43,749 nucleotides of DNA from a virus (IMGVR_UViG_3300044708_000031:1-43749), one strand, 5' to 3'. Shown: positions 24,203 to 33,764, counted from the stretch's first letter. The notes: a model not told the origin generated them from the sequence alone. Numbers and translations: made by a program.

Positions 24203-25219
24203 TTAGGCCCCCGTGAAGCTGCCGGCGGGAAGCGAGCTGTTCCACATCGCCGGGCTGAAGCTGCCACCACCACCTGACGCGCCGCCCGCAGCACCCGCCG
24301 CAAGCTTCGCGGCCTGCAAACCGAAGTTCCACAGATTGGCATTGCCGCCCATCTGGGCACCGGCCGCCGCCGTATTCTGCCCTGCGATCTGCGGGACAAT
24401 GTTGAGGTCGGCCTGGGTGATGAGTTGGTTCGCCCCGGTTTCGTTGCCGGCCAGTGCCGTGCCGCGCGAGGTGTCGAGATTGGCCTGCCCGCCGTAGTAG
24501 GACCGCGCGAGGTCAGCCAGTGAATTGCCCTGCCCCGTGGCGACGCCCGCCTGCTGCTGGCCGAGCCCGCTGTAAATCCCGGCCAAGGCCTGGTTGTTGC
24601 CCTGATTGCCCGCCGCCGCGCCCTGCGTGGCCTGAAGCTGCATCTGGTTATACGGCGCGAGGTTTCCGAGCCATTGCTGATAGGTCTGGTTGGCAAGCCC
24701 CGTGCCGTATTTCAGCGCGTCGGTATCGGTATTGCCGGAATTCGCCATGCCGCGCGCGTTGGCGGCGCGGTTGATCGAGTTCAAGCCCTGATCGAGCGCG
24801 AACTGATAGCCGGGTCCGGCCTGAAATGCTGATGTCGCGTTCGCGTTCCCGGCCGCGCCGTTCACGCCGACCGCATCCGCATAGAGGTTTGCGCCCTTGC
24901 CGTACTGTCCGGCGAGCGCCGAGAGCGGCGCATAGGCCCCACCGCCTGCCGTCAGCGCTCCGGCAGCGTTCCCGGCGCCTTGGGTGAGATAGTTCTGCGC
25001 GCCGCTGGCGCCGGTATTGATCGCGTTGCCGGCCGCGTCATAGCCCTGCGCGAGTTGACCGCCCGCTGCTCCGTATCCCTGATCGAGATAGCCGAGCGCG
25101 GTGTTTTTCGTGGCCTGCGTGCGCTGGGCAATGCTCTGCTGCGTTCCCGCAAGCAAATCCTTGTTCGCGCCAGCCGCAGCAACACCGGGCGCGCCGGTGA
25201 AAGCGTCGAAGAGACCCAT
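24203..25219 (-). CDS. Ejection protein (P22 gp7-like)
   Basis: MGLFDAFTG...FQAGPGYQFALDQG...RGMANSG...YGTGLANQTYQQW. Confidence 0.8.
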   Translation of the reverse strand: MGLFDAFTGAPGVAAAGANKDLLAGTQQSIAQRTQATKNTALGYLDQGYGAAGGQLAQGYDAAGNAINTGASGAQNYLTQGAGNAAGALTAGGGAYAPLSALAGQYGKGANLYADAVGVNGAAGNANATSAFQAGPGYQFALDQGLNSINRAANARGMANSGNTDTDALKYGTGLANQTYQQWLGNLAPYNQMQLQATQGAAAGNQGNNQALAGIYSGLGQQQAGVATGQGNSLADLARSYYGGQANLDTSRGTALAGNETGANQLITQADLNIVPQIAGQNTAAAGAQMGGNANLWNFGLQAAKLAAGAAGGASGGGGSFSPAMWNSSLPAGSFTGA

Positions 25220-25235
25220 GATGATGTACCTTGAG

Positions 25236-26972
25236 TTAGGCCACGCCGCCGACCGTGTGAGCGCCGTTACAGCGGACGGAAAGACACCCGCTCCCGCCAT
25301 TGGTCAGCGCGTAGTTTCCGCCTGCGATGTTGGTCGCCTTGCCGTCCGAGACGTAAAACATGGAGCCGTTGGCACATGCCGCCGGCATGTTGGCGAACGT
25401 AGTGCCGTTGCTTGTGTCTCTGACCACGACTGTTGATCCGACTGAATAGCGCGTCGCCGCCAGCACAACCGAGCCGCCGAAGCGATTATCCCGCACCGTT
25501 GCGGGTGCCTTTACGGCCGTTCCCGAACACACAATCCCAACGGCCGTAGCCGAGCCGTAATGCGTGATCTCGTTCGCATCGCAAGTGATGTAGGAGCCGC
25601 TTTGAATCAGGATGTATGTCTTGCCAGCGTCCAGATAGCTCCGCAGGATGTTCCCGACGATTGAAATGCTATCGATCCAATCCCCGCCCGCGCCGTCGTC
25701 CAGAATGGCGATGTGCGCCGTGAGTGCAGTTTGCGAGACGTTGGAAAACTCGTTGAACTTGATCTGCGGCATTGCGGCGACGCCGCCGCTCTGGTTCGCC
25801 AGCAGGACGCCGTAAGTGGTCTGCTCTTCAAGCTGGTTCTGGAACACCTCGAATGCGCCAGCACCCGGCGTGACGTGCAACTCGATTCCGGTTTGGCATC
25901 CGACGATGTAGTTGTCGTTGATCTTGGCATATCCGCACTCAGCGTAAATGCCGTAGGTCGTGACCGGGGCCGAGTACCCGATGATGATGTTGCCGAAGAT
26001 CGTCCCTATGCCGCCCTCAAATCCGCCCGACGTGGTGACGTAGATCGCGGCGAGGACGCAACTGTTGAAGACATTGCGCTGCGCGACTTCAATGCCGGAT
26101 GGCTTGTCGACCGTGATCCCGACATAGACAAAGCTGAACGCACACCCGTAGACATTGGGGCTGCATCCAAGCCCGCCAATCGAGCAACCGAACTTGAGCG
26201 CCCCGCCGCCCGTCATCGGCGTGACGACTGCGAGGAAGTCGATGTCCCGAAACACCATCGGGGCGCCGCTGTCGATCGTGAACAGATAGCCCGATGCGAA
26301 GTTGAGCCGGAATGTCGTCGCCTGTTGCGGGTAGCTCGTGCCCGGCGATGTAGCCTGCCCGTTGCCATCGCCCTCGATGTTCACGGGGCCGCTGTAGCTC
26401 GAAAGTGGTCGGTCGAAACGATACCCAAGCCCGCCGGCCGGCGCGTAAATCTTGCGGCCGTTGGCGAGGGCTATGATGTCATCGAAGTATATTGCCTCAT
26501 CCTGCGAATTGTCGCCCTTCGCGCCGATGGACTTGACGTTGAACTTGTCGGATGGGGCATAAATCCAGTAAGCGCCGTCCGCGGATTGAACGTGGCACGT
26601 CCTGACCGGGCTTGGCGTCGGGGACAGCCGCCGATAAAGAGCCTGCCCGCCGTCTCCCACGGTCGCGTAGCCGGCCACCAGGACATGCGTCACAGTTGCC
26701 GAAATGGTCGCGCTTGCAATTGCATTGCGCGTATCGAGCAGGAGAGTTGACGACGTGCCAGCGGTCAGCGCCGCGACTTCGGCCTCGATCGTCGTGACAT
26801 CAGATTGGAGCGCCGTGATGTCCGTTTCGATCGTCTCAATGGCTGACGCCGACCCGCTCGTCCATCGCTGCAAGCTCTTGAGATAGCCGTAAAAGTCCTC
26901 GGTCGGCAGGCCGCTGCTGTTGGTATGGGCTGCAAATGGGTCAATCGGGATGGGGGCGTTGGGCAGCGGCAT
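25236..26972 (-). CDS. Tail needle/spike with pectate-lyase-like beta-helix
   Basis: N-terminal heptad coiled coil (IETIETDITALQSDVTTIEAEVAAL); GYATVGDGG; NVKSIGAKGD; beta-helix repeats; gp26 position. Confidence 0.8.
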   Translation of the reverse strand: MPLPNAPIPIDPFAAHTNSSGLPTEDFYGYLKSLQRWTSGSASAIETIETDITALQSDVTTIEAEVAALTAGTSSTLLLDTRNAIASATISATVTHVLVAGYATVGDGGQALYRRLSPTPSPVRTCHVQSADGAYWIYAPSDKFNVKSIGAKGDNSQDEAIYFDDIIALANGRKIYAPAGGLGYRFDRPLSSYSGPVNIEGDGNGQATSPGTSYPQQATTFRLNFASGYLFTIDSGAPMVFRDIDFLAVVTPMTGGGALKFGCSIGGLGCSPNVYGCAFSFVYVGITVDKPSGIEVAQRNVFNSCVLAAIYVTTSGGFEGGIGTIFGNIIIGYSAPVTTYGIYAECGYAKINDNYIVGCQTGIELHVTPGAGAFEVFQNQLEEQTTYGVLLANQSGGVAAMPQIKFNEFSNVSQTALTAHIAILDDGAGGDWIDSISIVGNILRSYLDAGKTYILIQSGSYITCDANEITHYGSATAVGIVCSGTAVKAPATVRDNRFGGSVVLAATRYSVGSTVVVRDTSNGTTFANMPAACANGSMFYVSDGKATNIAGGNYALTNGGSGCLSVRCNGAHTVGGVA

Positions 26973-28393
26973 CAGCCCGGCGCCCTTTGGTCAATCCCGG
27001 TGATCGCTGCGCCCATCACCGTGACAGGCACCGGATCGGACACGCGCAACCGGATGCGAAAGCCCTTCGGCCCGCATGATCCGAGCTTTGAGACCGAAAT
27101 GCTGCGCTTGCTGTCGCCCTCAGTGCCGATCGCACGCAGAACCGGCACGCCGTAGCTGTAGCCACCGTCGCGTGACCAGTCGATTCCGGTCACCGGATTG
27201 GTTTCAATCGGGTCCTGACCCGCCGCCGAACCGACCGCCGCCGTCATGTTCACGTCGAGACGCGGCACACCAAGCCGGGCCGGGAAAGCCTGCACCGCGC
27301 CCGATGTCATTTCGAGGACGAGAGGATTGTTTCCCTCTTTGTAGGTCGTTGCGGCAATCTCGAAAACCGCCCCGGTGTCACGATCGCCCGCGATCCACGT
27401 CGAAAAGGCGCGCACCGTGCGGGAAACCCGCCAGCCACTGAGATTATAGCTCTTGCGCTCGTTCCATGCGCCTGTGGTGAGATTGTGTTCCCAGGTCCAG
27501 TAGCCCGGCCGGGTCAGCACAAAAAATGCATTGCCGTTGCTCATATAGCAGCAGCATTCCAGCACGGTCTTGTCGGGCGTCGCCGCAATGTCGCGGGAAA
27601 CATCTTCCGTGCTGATGACGGTTGGCGTGTAGCCGTCCAGCTTGCGCACGGTGTCGTCCTGCGCGACCCAGCATAGCGTGCCGGTAAATCCCGGCTCCCA
27701 GCCCGCAACCGCATGCGTCCCGGCAATTCCGACCGGGATTGTCGCCTGCAGATCGAACGGAAACGGGGTCAAGCCCGCGTCCGCATAGACCTGACAGAAG
27801 TTGGCCGAGAAGGCAAACAACTGATCGCGGAACGAAACGCCGCGCAACAGCCCGGCCGGCGCCATCGTGTACGACAGCGAATTGACTGAAATCGAATTGA
27901 GGTCGCTGGCGCTGATGCGGCCACTGGCATGTGTCCAGACGAAGTAGCCCTTGACCGCGCAGACGCTGTTCGGCGTTGGCAGATCGGGGTCGGCAAACGA
28001 TGTCGGGGGCGAGCCGGCGAACAGGTTGAACGCGCCATCCGATGTGACGCACACGATATCCGGCGTCGAGGCGTTGTTCTTCGCAACCGTAATCAGGTCC
28101 GTTCCAGACAGCGCGCCCAGATCCGTGAAGCTGTAGACCGCGCCGGATTTTGTGAGCAGTTGAACGCGCGAGCCGAGCGCCGCTATGATGCTCCCGGTGA
28201 ACTCGATAAAACCGCGAAACCCGGTATAGGTTACGGCAGTGGCACGCACGACAAGGCCCGGCGAGCGCACCCACTTGATCGGGATCGGCGCGCCCTGTTC
28301 TGTCTTCACGACAAAGCAATTGACCAGCCGGCCGGCTCCTTCCTGCGGCCTTGCGCCCGGCGAGGATGTGACGGGGAACGGAACGGCAACCAT
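26972..28393 (-). CDS. P22 gp10-like tail hub (packaged-DNA stabilisation protein)
   Basis: GRLVNCF...RSPGL...TWEHNLTTGAWNERKS...WSRDGGYSYG...RLRVSDPV. Confidence 0.85.
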   Translation of the reverse strand: MVAVPFPVTSSPGARPQEGAGRLVNCFVVKTEQGAPIPIKWVRSPGLVVRATAVTYTGFRGFIEFTGSIIAALGSRVQLLTKSGAVYSFTDLGALSGTDLITVAKNNASTPDIVCVTSDGAFNLFAGSPPTSFADPDLPTPNSVCAVKGYFVWTHASGRISASDLNSISVNSLSYTMAPAGLLRGVSFRDQLFAFSANFCQVYADAGLTPFPFDLQATIPVGIAGTHAVAGWEPGFTGTLCWVAQDDTVRKLDGYTPTVISTEDVSRDIAATPDKTVLECCCYMSNGNAFFVLTRPGYWTWEHNLTTGAWNERKSYNLSGWRVSRTVRAFSTWIAGDRDTGAVFEIAATTYKEGNNPLVLEMTSGAVQAFPARLGVPRLDVNMTAAVGSAAGQDPIETNPVTGIDWSRDGGYSYGVPVLRAIGTEGDSKRSISVSKLGSCGPKGFRIRLRVSDPVPVTVMGAAITGIDQRAPG

Positions 28394-28399
28394 TAATGG

Positions 28400-28753
28400 C
28401 TATTCCTTCGCAGGATTTTCAATCGACCGCAGCCAAGCCTCGTTGCGGGAATTGGCATCAGCGTCATACCCCATTTGTCTTAGGGCGGTTTCGAATTTGA
28501 TCTGATCGACCGCGTTAGAAATGTCTGGACCAAACATCGCGCTTGGCATATTTGGATTGCGTGAGTTCGAAAGCAGGGTCGGGCCACCCTGCAACCACAT
28601 CCCGGCCATATGCGCTAGATCAGCGAGCGTCGTCCCCGACCCTCTGCGATCTTCAATATTTTGCGACGGCGGTATCATGCGCCATGCCATACGGTCGGAC
28701 GGATTAGTAGAGCCGAAATTCTTGGCGAGATCGGCTAAACTGAGGTCACCCAT
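28400..28753 (-). CDS. Hypothetical protein inserted between the gp4- and gp10-like genes
   Basis: TGATG coupling; SLADLA/TLADLA repeat; SQNIEDRRG. Confidence 0.55.
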   Translation of the reverse strand: MGDLSLADLAKNFGSTNPSDRMAWRMIPPSQNIEDRRGSGTTLADLAHMAGMWLQGGPTLLSNSRNPNMPSAMFGPDISNAVDQIKFETALRQMGYDADANSRNEAWLRSIENPAKE

Positions 28754-29091
28754 CAGAAGTAATCCCCCGCCAGGACTTCCTTCGTCGGCTTCGTTGCGGT
28801 CAGCCGCTTGAGATTGTATTCGGCGGCCTGTCGCATGCCGTCGTCCTGCGGCTTGCCGAAGTCGAGCGCGCAGAAATACGCCAGATAGACCGACAGCCAC
28901 TCGAAGGCGTCGTCATCGATGTCGTTGAGGTCGCCGATCGTGTAGATGTCGATCCCGCTGATGAATGCGGCGAACTTCGGCACCACAGCGAGGACCGCCG
29001 CGGTATCCTCCGAATCCGGCGACTGGCCGGTGCCGACCAGCAGCAGCTTTTCCAGCGCGCGATTGGACAGGTCCGTGCTGGTGTTGGCCAT
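28753..29091 (-). CDS. Head-to-tail adaptor (P22 gp4-like)
   Basis: TDLSNRALEKLLLVGTGQSPDSED...LAYFCALDFG...DYF; synteny. Confidence 0.75.
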   Translation of the reverse strand: MANTSTDLSNRALEKLLLVGTGQSPDSEDTAAVLAVVPKFAAFISGIDIYTIGDLNDIDDDAFEWLSVYLAYFCALDFGKPQDDGMRQAAEYNLKRLTATKPTKEVLAGDYF

Positions 29092-29092
29092 G

Positions 29093-29815
29093 TCAGCCTA
29101 CCGCCTGCAATTTGGGCTTCGCCGTCATGCCGGGCTTGTCCAGGAGCGATGCGTTGTAGATTTTCTCTCCGACATGCCCGAGGGTGATCTTGGGCTCGAC
29201 CCACAGATCAAACCCGGCCTTCTTGGCGTCGTCGAAAAAGTTCATGTCCTCGCCGCGGAATGTCCCGGTTTCGTCCTTGTCGAAGCGAAAGACTTCCGGC
29301 AATACGTCGTCCTCGCGATACTTGATGGTCGGCGCCTGCTTCACGAGCTTTTCCATCACGCGCCGCGAGACGGCGGTAAAGCCGAGCCCGATCCCGGCCA
29401 TTTTGATGCAGCCATACTCGTTGGCCTCCAGTGTTTCGGGCGAGAGAACATCGTCCGGCGACTTCATGTAGAAGTGCGGCGGATCGAAGCGGCCCTGATA
29501 GGCGCCGGCAACGAGATCCAGTTTGCTTGAGAGCGCGAGAAGCCGGATAAACTCTCCCTCACCCCAAACCATGTCGCTATCAATGAACACGAGCCGGTTG
29601 CAGTCGCCATCGACGAACGCCTTGGCGATCTGGCATCGCGCGCTGCAGATGGTCCCACCGCCGACGATCGACGTGAAGGACGGAACGTTGTTCTGCTCCA
29701 GCCATGTCACGGTATTAAGCAATGACGACACCGTGGGAACAGGGATTTCCCCGCGCGCCGGCATGCCGATGAAAACCTTGATCCCCTCCAGGCTGAACGT
29801 CGGCTCCTTCTTCAT
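29093..29815 (-). CDS. GT-A fold glycosyltransferase, paralog 2
   Basis: VFIGMP...ARCQIA...LVFIDSDMVW (DxD)...GLGFT...RGEDMNF...LGHVG. Confidence 0.8.
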   Translation of the reverse strand: MKKEPTFSLEGIKVFIGMPARGEIPVPTVSSLLNTVTWLEQNNVPSFTSIVGGGTICSARCQIAKAFVDGDCNRLVFIDSDMVWGEGEFIRLLALSSKLDLVAGAYQGRFDPPHFYMKSPDDVLSPETLEANEYGCIKMAGIGLGFTAVSRRVMEKLVKQAPTIKYREDDVLPEVFRFDKDETGTFRGEDMNFFDDAKKAGFDLWVEPKITLGHVGEKIYNASLLDKPGMTAKPKLQAVG

Positions 29816-30516
29816 TGCGCGAACACCATGTGACCGTCAGTCACCTTCACGCTATCGAGCAGCGGCGCCCGGAATGTCTTGCGCCCGATGTGGCCAAGCA
29901 CAATGGACGGGTCCATCCAGCATTTGAACCCGAGCGCCTTTGCGTCGGTGAAAAACTTGATGTCCTCGCCGCGGAATTGTCCGTCGCTCACGGCGAACTG
30001 AAAGACGTGCGGCATGGCGGGCTTTGCCATGTACTGGATGACCGGCGCCTTTTCTGACAGCGCCTCCAGCACGGGGCGGCTGATGATCGTAAAACCGAGC
30101 CCCGAGCCGTCGATTTCAGCGCATCCGTGCTCGTTCACGGGGAGCTTAGCGCCCGTCTCGCACTTGATGAAGAACTGAACCGGATCGCTCCGTGTAGGAT
30201 AGGGCGCAAGCACGATGTCCATTGCGGTGGACATGGCGAGCATCCGGATTACGTCGTTCGGCGTCCACACCATATCGCTATCGATGAACAGCAGCCGGTT
30301 GCAGTCGCTTGCGAGAAGCTTGGCCGTCGCATGCGATCGGGCGTCGCAGATCGTCCCGCCGATGAACATTTCGTAGCGAAACGGGATGCCCTTGATGCGC
30401 AGGGCGTCCATCGTGTCGATCGTCGCCATCATTGTTTCGGGAGGAATATCCCCCTTCACGGGCATGGCGATGTAGACCGACAGACCCTTGAGATTGTAGC
30501 CCCTTTTCCCCTCCAT
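29812..30516 (-). CDS. GT-A fold glycosyltransferase, paralog 1
   Basis: VYIAMP...DARSHA...LLFIDSDMVW (DxD)...GLGFT...RGEDIKF...LGHIG. Confidence 0.8.
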   Translation of the reverse strand: MEGKRGYNLKGLSVYIAMPVKGDIPPETMMATIDTMDALRIKGIPFRYEMFIGGTICDARSHATAKLLASDCNRLLFIDSDMVWTPNDVIRMLAMSTAMDIVLAPYPTRSDPVQFFIKCETGAKLPVNEHGCAEIDGSGLGFTIISRPVLEALSEKAPVIQYMAKPAMPHVFQFAVSDGQFRGEDIKFFTDAKALGFKCWMDPSIVLGHIGRKTFRAPLLDSVKVTDGHMVFAQ

Positions 30517-30517
30517 T

Positions 30518-31198
30518 TTAGGCCGCCGTTTTCTGGACGAGGAATTGCCAGTTATTCACGCCGAATGGCCGGAACGCCAGCTTGCGCGCGAACATGTTAA
30601 CGAACGTATCGATTGCGAATTTCGGCATGTTGAGCAGGTCTAGCTCATTCGGCTTTTCGAGTGCCCACATGTAATCGTCGAAGACGATGACGCCGCCGAC
30701 CGGCAGAAGGTTGAACGCCAGGACGGCATCGGTCAGGACATCGGGCGCTGTGTGAGATGCGTCGATGTAGATGAAGTCGAACTGCCCCTCATGCGGAGCA
30801 TCGGTCATCGTCGCGTCGTCCATTTCTCCAATCAGTTGCGCAAGTGCGATCATCGATTTTTCGCGTATCGTGCGCAGCGCGAAGCGGTCAACGCCCACGC
30901 GTTGCATCGCAACCGCGGTATTGTGGTCGAACCGATCCTTAACGCCCCTCATCGCCTCTGGCGTCAGATCGAACCCGCCCGCCCATGTATCGATACAGGT
31001 GATGCTCGGTTCGCAATACTTGGCGGTTTCCTCGATCATGAATGTCGTTGCACGGCCTTCGTAGCATCCAACCTCAAGCAACCGCTTTGGCTTGAGTACC
31101 CCGAACATTTCGCGCCATGCGCCGGCCTGTGGCGCAAACCAGTCGTTGGTGAAGTCGTAATCCTCATAAAAAGGTTCGATTTTCCGAGCGAGCATCAA
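30518..31198 (-). CDS. Class I SAM-dependent methyltransferase (Methyltransf_24-like)
   Basis: LLEVGCYEGRAT, CIDTW, FDFIYIDASH, LPVGGVIVFDDY. Confidence 0.85.
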   Translation of the reverse strand: MMLARKIEPFYEDYDFTNDWFAPQAGAWREMFGVLKPKRLLEVGCYEGRATTFMIEETAKYCEPSITCIDTWAGGFDLTPEAMRGVKDRFDHNTAVAMQRVGVDRFALRTIREKSMIALAQLIGEMDDATMTDAPHEGQFDFIYIDASHTAPDVLTDAVLAFNLLPVGGVIVFDDYMWALEKPNELDLLNMPKFAIDTFVNMFARKLAFRPFGVNNWQFLVQKTAA

Positions 31199-31212
31199 CC
31201 CTCCGTGGTGGA

Positions 31213-31239
31213 GTAGCGGGGGTTTTTCGCCCCCGCCAC
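31213..31239 (-). terminator. Strong hairpin without U-tract after the capsid/decoration genes
   Basis: - strand GTGGCGGGGG-CGAAAAA-CCCCCGCTAC. Confidence 0.5.
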
Positions 31240-31243
31240 AGTG

Positions 31244-31660
31244 TTACTTGTCGTTGTTGAGCACGTACCAGACGATCACGTCGGCGACGCCGGCCGTCGA
31301 TGCCGCGCCCGTCTCGGTCGGGGCAACCGTGATGGTGTGCTCCACCGTGCCCTGAATGTTGGTCGTGGTGGCGAGTTCGTCCAGCACGATCCAGCCCACC
31401 GCCGCCGTCGTCAGTGCCGTCGCGTAGGCCGAGGCATTGGTCGTTGCCCCGATGAATCCGACGTTCACGACGTTGGTGGTGGTGGCGTTGAATGCCGTCA
31501 CGATATGCACGCCGCCGCCGACCACCGAGGAACCGGCCGGGATTTTCCCGACCGTGACCGTCGCGGCGACATCGGAAAACGTGATTCGCTTGCGAAGGAT
31601 ACCGATTTGCTGTTCGCCCGCGTCGCGCGCAACGGCAGTCGTATTGAGAGAAGTCGTCAT
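31244..31660 (-). CDS. Capsid decoration/cement-like protein
   Basis: Thr/Ala/Val-rich beta protein directly after the capsid gene; VGKIPAGS...TAFNA...AGVADVIVWY. Confidence 0.7.
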   Translation of the reverse strand: MTTSLNTTAVARDAGEQQIGILRKRITFSDVAATVTVGKIPAGSSVVGGGVHIVTAFNATTTNVVNVGFIGATTNASAYATALTTAAVGWIVLDELATTTNIQGTVEHTITVAPTETGAASTAGVADVIVWYVLNNDK

Positions 31661-31681
31661 TGGTGTTCTCCGTTGCTGGGG

Positions 31682-32815
31682 TTAAACGTCGGCCGGCGCA
31701 TAGACGAAGCCGGTGACCGTGCCCCACTGAACGAGCTTGCTGCCGGTGCTCGGATGTTTCTTGAACATCTTCGCGACGCCGTAAGCCGTCTCGATGCCGG
31801 TGCCGGTGATGAACCCGTAGTCGTCCTCCTTGCGGAAAGTCGGCTTGGGCATCTGTCCGATCGCGAACGCCGCGGCCTGCTGACCGCACAGGAAAACCGG
31901 TTCTGCACGGGTCGAGCCCGCCGCGGCCGTCTTCAGGTTGGTCCAGACGTTGGACACGAACGTCGAGATTTCCGGGACCATGCGGACGATGACGCCATCC
32001 GTGATCTGGTCGCCGTCCTGGAAGATCGGGTTCGGCAACCCGCTCACCTCGCGCGGCCGTGCGTCCTTGTTCACGGTATCGAGGTCGGTCTTGAGGTCGC
32101 GGAACGAGTTCGTGCCGGCGAAGCACACGAAATACTCGTAGCCGTCCCGCGTCTTGAACGGACGAATGCGCGGGTTGGAGAGAGACGCGACACGCTTCAT
32201 GCGCGACACGTTGGCCCGCGTCAGCTTGTCGACCGTGGTGCTGGTGAGCGTGCTGAGCGCCGTGGTATGCGTGGCGTTGAACGCGACCGAGCCGTAGACC
32301 ACGCGGTCGGAGTTGTCCGAATTCCACGTATTGCGCTGGCCAACCGTGGCCAGGTCGTACTGGATGCCGTTGACGCGCACGCCGGACGAGGGCTGCGACT
32401 CGGACGGCAGTGCCATCAGGGCCGAGATCAGTTCGTCGCGGTTGAGTTCCTTGATCCAGTCCGACAGAAGCGGCTTGGCCTCACCGAAGATGTCGGCCGA
32501 GTCCTTCTGGCTCTCCGCCTTGTTGGTCACGACGGCGTGGCGAGCCCAATCGAGCCAGACCCGCATGCCGTAGTTGTCGATATTCTCTTCGTTGCCGACC
32601 AGCGTGCCGGTCGAAACGCCAGCGCCGGTCAAGCGAGTGACCAGCGGGATATTCATCTGCTCGCCGCCGTTCTTGAGTTCGAAACGGCGGCGGATGATCG
32701 AGGTAACGTCCTCGCCCATGTACGGCGAGAACAGATTCTCACGCACGAACTCGCGCGCGATCTCCTGGGTGAACTTGATCAGCTTGTTATTGCTGCCAAT
32801 CGTCGTGACGGCCAT
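31682..32815 (-). CDS. Major capsid protein (DUF4043 / N4-gp56-like)
   Basis: ENLFSPYMG...GEQMNIPLVTRL...LVGNEE...NPIFQDG...FLCGQQA...EDDYGF; AAAGGA RBS. Confidence 0.9.
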   Translation of the reverse strand: MAVTTIGSNNKLIKFTQEIAREFVRENLFSPYMGEDVTSIIRRRFELKNGGEQMNIPLVTRLTGAGVSTGTLVGNEENIDNYGMRVWLDWARHAVVTNKAESQKDSADIFGEAKPLLSDWIKELNRDELISALMALPSESQPSSGVRVNGIQYDLATVGQRNTWNSDNSDRVVYGSVAFNATHTTALSTLTSTTVDKLTRANVSRMKRVASLSNPRIRPFKTRDGYEYFVCFAGTNSFRDLKTDLDTVNKDARPREVSGLPNPIFQDGDQITDGVIVRMVPEISTFVSNVWTNLKTAAAGSTRAEPVFLCGQQAAAFAIGQMPKPTFRKEDDYGFITGTGIETAYGVAKMFKKHPSTGSKLVQWGTVTGFVYAPADV

Positions 32816-32849
32816 AGCCGTGGTCCTTTCAATTGACCGTCACGCACCC

Positions 32850-32876
32850 AACAAAAAACCCGCCACGAGGGCGGGT
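32850..32876 (-). terminator. Intrinsic terminator between scaffold and capsid genes
   Basis: - strand ACCCGCC-CTCGT-GGCGGGT-TTTTTGTT. Confidence 0.7.
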
Positions 32877-32900
32877 AGTTTTGACGGGAATGCGGGACGG

Positions 32901-33764
32901 CTAGCTGGTGGCGTGTGCGTAAAGGTCCGTGTCACTCATCGTGCCGGACGCCGCCGAGGCGGAGCCGGTCTGACGATTGAGGGATGGCGGGATCTTGATG
33001 ACGTTGGTTTTCGGATCGCCTTGAGCGGACTGCTGTGCGGGCTGGAACTTGGCGGCGAAGGCCGGATCGGCCATGCGCCTTTCAAGTTCCTTCTCAAACC
33101 ACGCATTCGGATCGGCGCCGACCGTCGTAACCGCCTTGTGCTGCTTGAAGCCGTTCACGATGTCGTCGAACGGGTCGATCGATGACAGGGCTTTTTGCAG
33201 CAAAGGTTGGATATTCGGGTCGCCCGCGTGAACGGCCTCGTAAAACCATTTGCGGGCCTCGATAGCCGTTTCCTTGTGTTCCCGAAGGGCGTCCTTCCAC
33301 GAGTAGTGCTCGCGAAGCTGGCTCATCTGGTTCACAACAGGGTCAATCGCTTGCCGCACGCCGGCATCCCGGAACTTCTCGGGGTCGACGTAGGGGTCAA
33401 TCGGGTCCTGCGGCTTCTCGGTGTACTTCCGAAGCTCGGCTTCAAGCTTTTGCGTCTTGGCGTCGGCAATCTCACGAGCGCGCCAGGCCGGAATCCATCC
33501 GGGGGGCGGCTCTTGTCTCGTCTCGACGGGCGCGGGCTTGGTTTCGACGGACGGTTCGGGTTTTGCAGCTTCGGCCGTGGCCTCCTGCTGCTCGGGTTCA
33601 GACTTGGGCAGGAAGCGACCCGTTGCCGGATCGTGTTTCTGACCGCCATCTGCCTGTTCGGTCGCCGCCGGCTGCTCGGTTACCGTTTCCGGTGCCGCAT
33701 CGCTGGTGGCCGATTCAAACAGGGCCTTGTCGTCCATCGGGACAGAGGTTTCAGTCTCGCTCAT
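32901..33764 (-). CDS. Scaffolding protein
   Basis: Acidic Pro-rich N-terminus with DPATGRF; helical core; PPSL motif; directly upstream of the capsid gene. Confidence 0.8.
   Translation of the reverse strand: MSETETSVPMDDKALFESATSDAAPETVTEQPAATEQADGGQKHDPATGRFLPKSEPEQQEATAEAAKPEPSVETKPAPVETRQEPPPGWIPAWRAREIADAKTQKLEAELRKYTEKPQDPIDPYVDPEKFRDAGVRQAIDPVVNQMSQLREHYSWKDALREHKETAIEARKWFYEAVHAGDPNIQPLLQKALSSIDPFDDIVNGFKQHKAVTTVGADPNAWFEKELERRMADPAFAAKFQPAQQSAQGDPKTNVIKIPPSLNRQTGSASAASGTMSDTDLYAHATS

Noticed and set aside
16941-26972. Diversity-generating retroelement or invertible tail-fibre cassette
   Set aside because: No reverse transcriptase, no TR/VR pair, and no serine invertase or flanking inverted repeats were found.
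29093-30516. gtrABC-type O-antigen conversion cassette
   Set aside because: No flippase or multi-TM transferase, the GTs lack TM segments, and the locus is in the head operon rather than beside attP.
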